DNA from: Calditrichaceae bacterium
GTDB lineage: Bacteria > Calditrichota > Calditrichia > Calditrichales > JBFXGD01
DNA: 10,080 bases
Assembly: GCA_050178385.1 (NCBI GenBank)
Contig: JBFXGD010000010.1
Location: forward strand, 1 to 10,080
Reading direction: 5' to 3'
Shown here: positions 7,709 to 10,080 of the stretch, piece by piece
How positions within the stretch are numbered: position 1 is the stretch's first letter
Layout of the letters: each line of letters begins with the position of its first letter
The notes under the pieces: model-generated
What the model was told of the DNA's origin: nothing
Databases searched by the model: none
What the model saw: only the letters and a program-made list of their open reading frames with translations
Position numbers and translations under genes: made by a program

Positions 7709-9148
7709 GTGAAATATTTTAATCTGTTAGTATTATCCTTATTTGTTGTTGCCTGCACCGGCACCGAGAATAAATCAAAAATCAGGATCGGGGATTACTT
7801 AAAAAAATGCGAAGCAAACGGTGTTTCAGGATCTGTGCTGGTCGCGCAGAAAGGTGAAGTACTTTTCTCAGGGGGGATTGGTTTCAGAGACAAGGAACAA
7901 AAACTGACTGTTACAAAGGAGACGGTTTTTACCACAGGATCGCTTACAAAGCAGTTTACGGCTACGGCGATTCTTCGCCTGGCGGATGAAGGTAAATTAA
8001 CTCTTGAGGATAATCTCACGATCTATTTTCAGGATGTACCGGAAGACAAAAAAGATATCACCATCCAGCAGCTACTTACTCACTCATCGGGGCTTATCGG
8101 AGACTTGGATTATGGAGTGGATTTTGTGCCTATAAATAAAAAGGATTTTATCGATGGAATATTGAACGCAGAGTTAAATTTTCAACCGGGAACCGGATAC
8201 CGTTATGCAAACGCGGGTTACAGTCTGCTGGCGATCATTATAGAGAAGGTGACTCAAACAGATTATGAGACATATCTTCAAACGGCTCTTTTTTCGAAGG
8301 CCGGAATGAAAAATACCGGATACCTGATGCCTGATTGGGACAAGACCAATATTGCGCGTGGATATAAATGCGGAGAAGACTGGGGAACACATATCGAAAG
8401 ATGGGAAGCATCTTCCAATGTGATTTCATGGCATTTAAAAGGTAACGGCGGGATTTTATCCACTCCCGAAGATTTATATAAATGGTATCTCGCAATCAAA
8501 GAAGGGCGGATTATCAAAAAGGAATCCATCGAGCGGATGTTTTATCCTCATGTTCCTGAAAATGAGAATGGTGATTCCTTCTACGGCTATGGCTGGGCGA
8601 TTTTTAATAGTGAAAGAAACACAAAAATTGTCGCGCACAACGGTTCAAACGGGGTATTTTATGCTGATTTCATACAACTGCCGGAAGAAGATGCCGTTAT
8701 TATCTACATGACGAATCAACTAAGATATGATACTCAGGTCATTGGATGGGAAATCGAGAAGCTTCTTTTCGATGAATCGTACAAACCGGTTATTCCTAAA
8801 ATGAAATATGAAGAATATGCTTCCGAAGCCGCATCAAACAAGAATATTAAAATCATTAATGAATTCGTATCACTTATTTTAATGAAAGAAGATATACAAA
8901 CACCGGATGAAATTGATGCATTTATCAGGAAATATATACCAAACGAAACCAGTCGGAACAGATACAAACGGTTTTTCCAAAATATGAGGGAAGATTTTGT
9001 AAATCATAAATTGAAACACATTTTGGAATATAAAGACATGACCTATGATATCGTCTTGGAATCACCCGAAGGTCAGGTTACGGACCTTGCTCCCTGCTTC
9101 GATTTGAAGTTTAATGATCAAAATCAAATCATAGCCTTTGGCTGGTAA
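7709..9148 (+). CDS. Serine hydrolase, beta-lactamase class C / D-Ala-D-Ala peptidase-like family, predicted lipoprotein
   Basis: GTG start after AGGGGG; lipobox VVAC (Cys16); SxxK (SLTK, 7940-7951); LLTHSSG; YxN (YRYANAGY); HNG triad; ~120-aa C-terminal extension. Confidence 0.92.
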   Translation: MKYFNLLVLSLFVVACTGTENKSKIRIGDYLKKCEANGVSGSVLVAQKGEVLFSGGIGFRDKEQKLTVTKETVFTTGSLTKQFTATAILRLADEGKLTLEDNLTIYFQDVPEDKKDITIQQLLTHSSGLIGDLDYGVDFVPINKKDFIDGILNAELNFQPGTGYRYANAGYSLLAIIIEKVTQTDYETYLQTALFSKAGMKNTGYLMPDWDKTNIARGYKCGEDWGTHIERWEASSNVISWHLKGNGGILSTPEDLYKWYLAIKEGRIIKKESIERMFYPHVPENENGDSFYGYGWAIFNSERNTKIVAHNGSNGVFYADFIQLPEEDAVIIYMTNQLRYDTQVIGWEIEKLLFDESYKPVIPKMKYEEYASEAASNKNIKIINEFVSLILMKEDIQTPDEIDAFIRKYIPNETSRNRYKRFFQNMREDFVNHKLKHILEYKDMTYDIVLESPEGQVTDLAPCFDLKFNDQNQIIAFGW

Positions 9149-9173
9149 ATGTTGAATAATCAATACATGGCCG

Positions 9174-9199
9174 GATGCCTTGAAACGCATCGCGTTTTT
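9174..9199 (+). terminator. Weak candidate terminator between the convergent genes
   Basis: GATGC (9174-9178) and GCATC (9187-9191) form a stem followed by GCGTTTTT. An alternative fold is AAACGC-ATC-GCGTTT (9183-9197). Both stems are short. Confidence 0.25.
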
Positions 9200-9291
9200 G
9201 AAAGAGGAAAGGGTGTCCCCTGCCTATAACAGTAATTTAAAGAATACCCGTTCCTACCTGATAACAGATATCAAATAGAAGTGAAGGGTTG

Positions 9292-9954
9292 TTATTTTTT
9301 CAGCTTATCCGAAAACTCTTTCTTAAATTTTCTTAATTTGGGATCGATGACAAAACGGCAGTATGGCTGATTCCGGTTCTGTTCGTAATAATTCTGATGA
9401 TAATTTTCAGCTTTGTAAAAGGCTATAAAGGGACTGATTTCGGTCACAATCGGATCTTTCCAGTAACCGGAACCATCGGCTTCTTTTTTTGATAATTCAG
9501 CAGCGGCTTTCTGCGTGTCGTTATGATAGAAAATCACCGAACGGTATTGGGTGCCAACGTCGCCGCCCTGTTTGTTCAGGGTTGTCGGATCGTGTGTTTG
9601 CCAAAAGACATTCAGCAAATCTTCATAGCTGATGACTTTAGGATCAAAATATATCTGTGTTACTTCCGCGTGACCGGTATTCCCGCCGGAGACATCGCTA
9701 TAAGACGGATTTTCAATTTCACCGCCGGAATATCCGGATATTACGCTTTGCACACCTTCGAGATTTTCATAAATGGCTTCCACACACCAGAAGCATCCGG
9801 CGCCGAATGTGGCTGTTTCAAGCTTAGGATCCATCGTTTGCTCCTCATCGGGCTGATTCGTCTTCATCGTATTTAAAGGCATAAACGCCATCAGAATAAC
9901 AGTGAACACAAGCACCGCTGAAATTAATGTTAAAATTTTTTTTTGGTTATTCAT
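9292..9954 (-). CDS. msrA: Peptide-methionine (S)-S-oxide reductase MsrA with N-terminal signal/TM segment
   Basis: Catalytic GCFWC, GYSGG, GHAE, HDPTTLNKQGGDVGTQYRS, FYKAENYHQNYY and resolving Cys in QPYC. The start is placed at ATG 9954 (MNNQKK, 220 aa) because AAAGGT lies 6 nt upstream; the ORF track's 9993 start has no comparable RBS. Confidence 0.96.
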   Translation of the reverse strand: MNNQKKILTLISAVLVFTVILMAFMPLNTMKTNQPDEEQTMDPKLETATFGAGCFWCVEAIYENLEGVQSVISGYSGGEIENPSYSDVSGGNTGHAEVTQIYFDPKVISYEDLLNVFWQTHDPTTLNKQGGDVGTQYRSVIFYHNDTQKAAAELSKKEADGSGYWKDPIVTEISPFIAFYKAENYHQNYYEQNRNQPYCRFVIDPKLRKFKKEFSDKLKK

Positions 9955-10080
9955 GAAATTACCTTTTTTGCTTATTTCATTAGGTAAACGCATGAACCTT
10001 CACATAACTTCCCGAAGACGGGTTTTCAATGATTAAAATACAAAGTCGGATGCAAGCTTATGGGAAAGGGAATAAACCGC

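Noticed and set aside
7709..9148. ampC beta-lactamase call
   Set aside because: It has HNG rather than the AmpC KTG triad, plus a lipoprotein signal and an extra domain. It is a family member of unknown substrate.
9221..9294. CCTATAAC and GTTGTTA after the serine hydrolase as a closing attC
   Set aside because: It lies about 75 bp from the stop, fits the core consensus poorly, shows no arm pairing, and the GTTA overlaps the msrA stop codon.
499..9876. Short antisense or out-of-frame ORFs in the track (e.g. 3220-3831, 5651-6022, 7134-7442, 9523-9876)
   Set aside because: All lie essentially within confidently identified genes and show no recognisable motifs, so they are treated as shadow ORFs.

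Overview
Bacterial window with six + strand genes and one - strand gene. It holds an ABC ATPase (181-1059) followed by a 1194-aa ABC-2-type permease fused to an M1/gluzincin peptidase (1086-4670). Four co-oriented, functionally unrelated genes follow: a DHFR/RibD-C protein, a small putative metal-binding lipoprotein, a Fic-HTH protein and a beta-lactamase-family serine hydrolase lipoprotein. A convergent, signal-peptide-bearing msrA ends the window. The most notable non-coding structure is a ~137-bp imperfect direct repeat with a 37-bp identical core that brackets the Fic gene; its first copy has attC-like inverted cores. Two tandem 28-bp palindromic operators lie directly in front of the Fic gene. 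Together these suggest a decayed cassette-like array containing a self-regulated Fic module, but no integrase is present in the window. No rRNA, tRNA, CRISPR array or transposase was seen.
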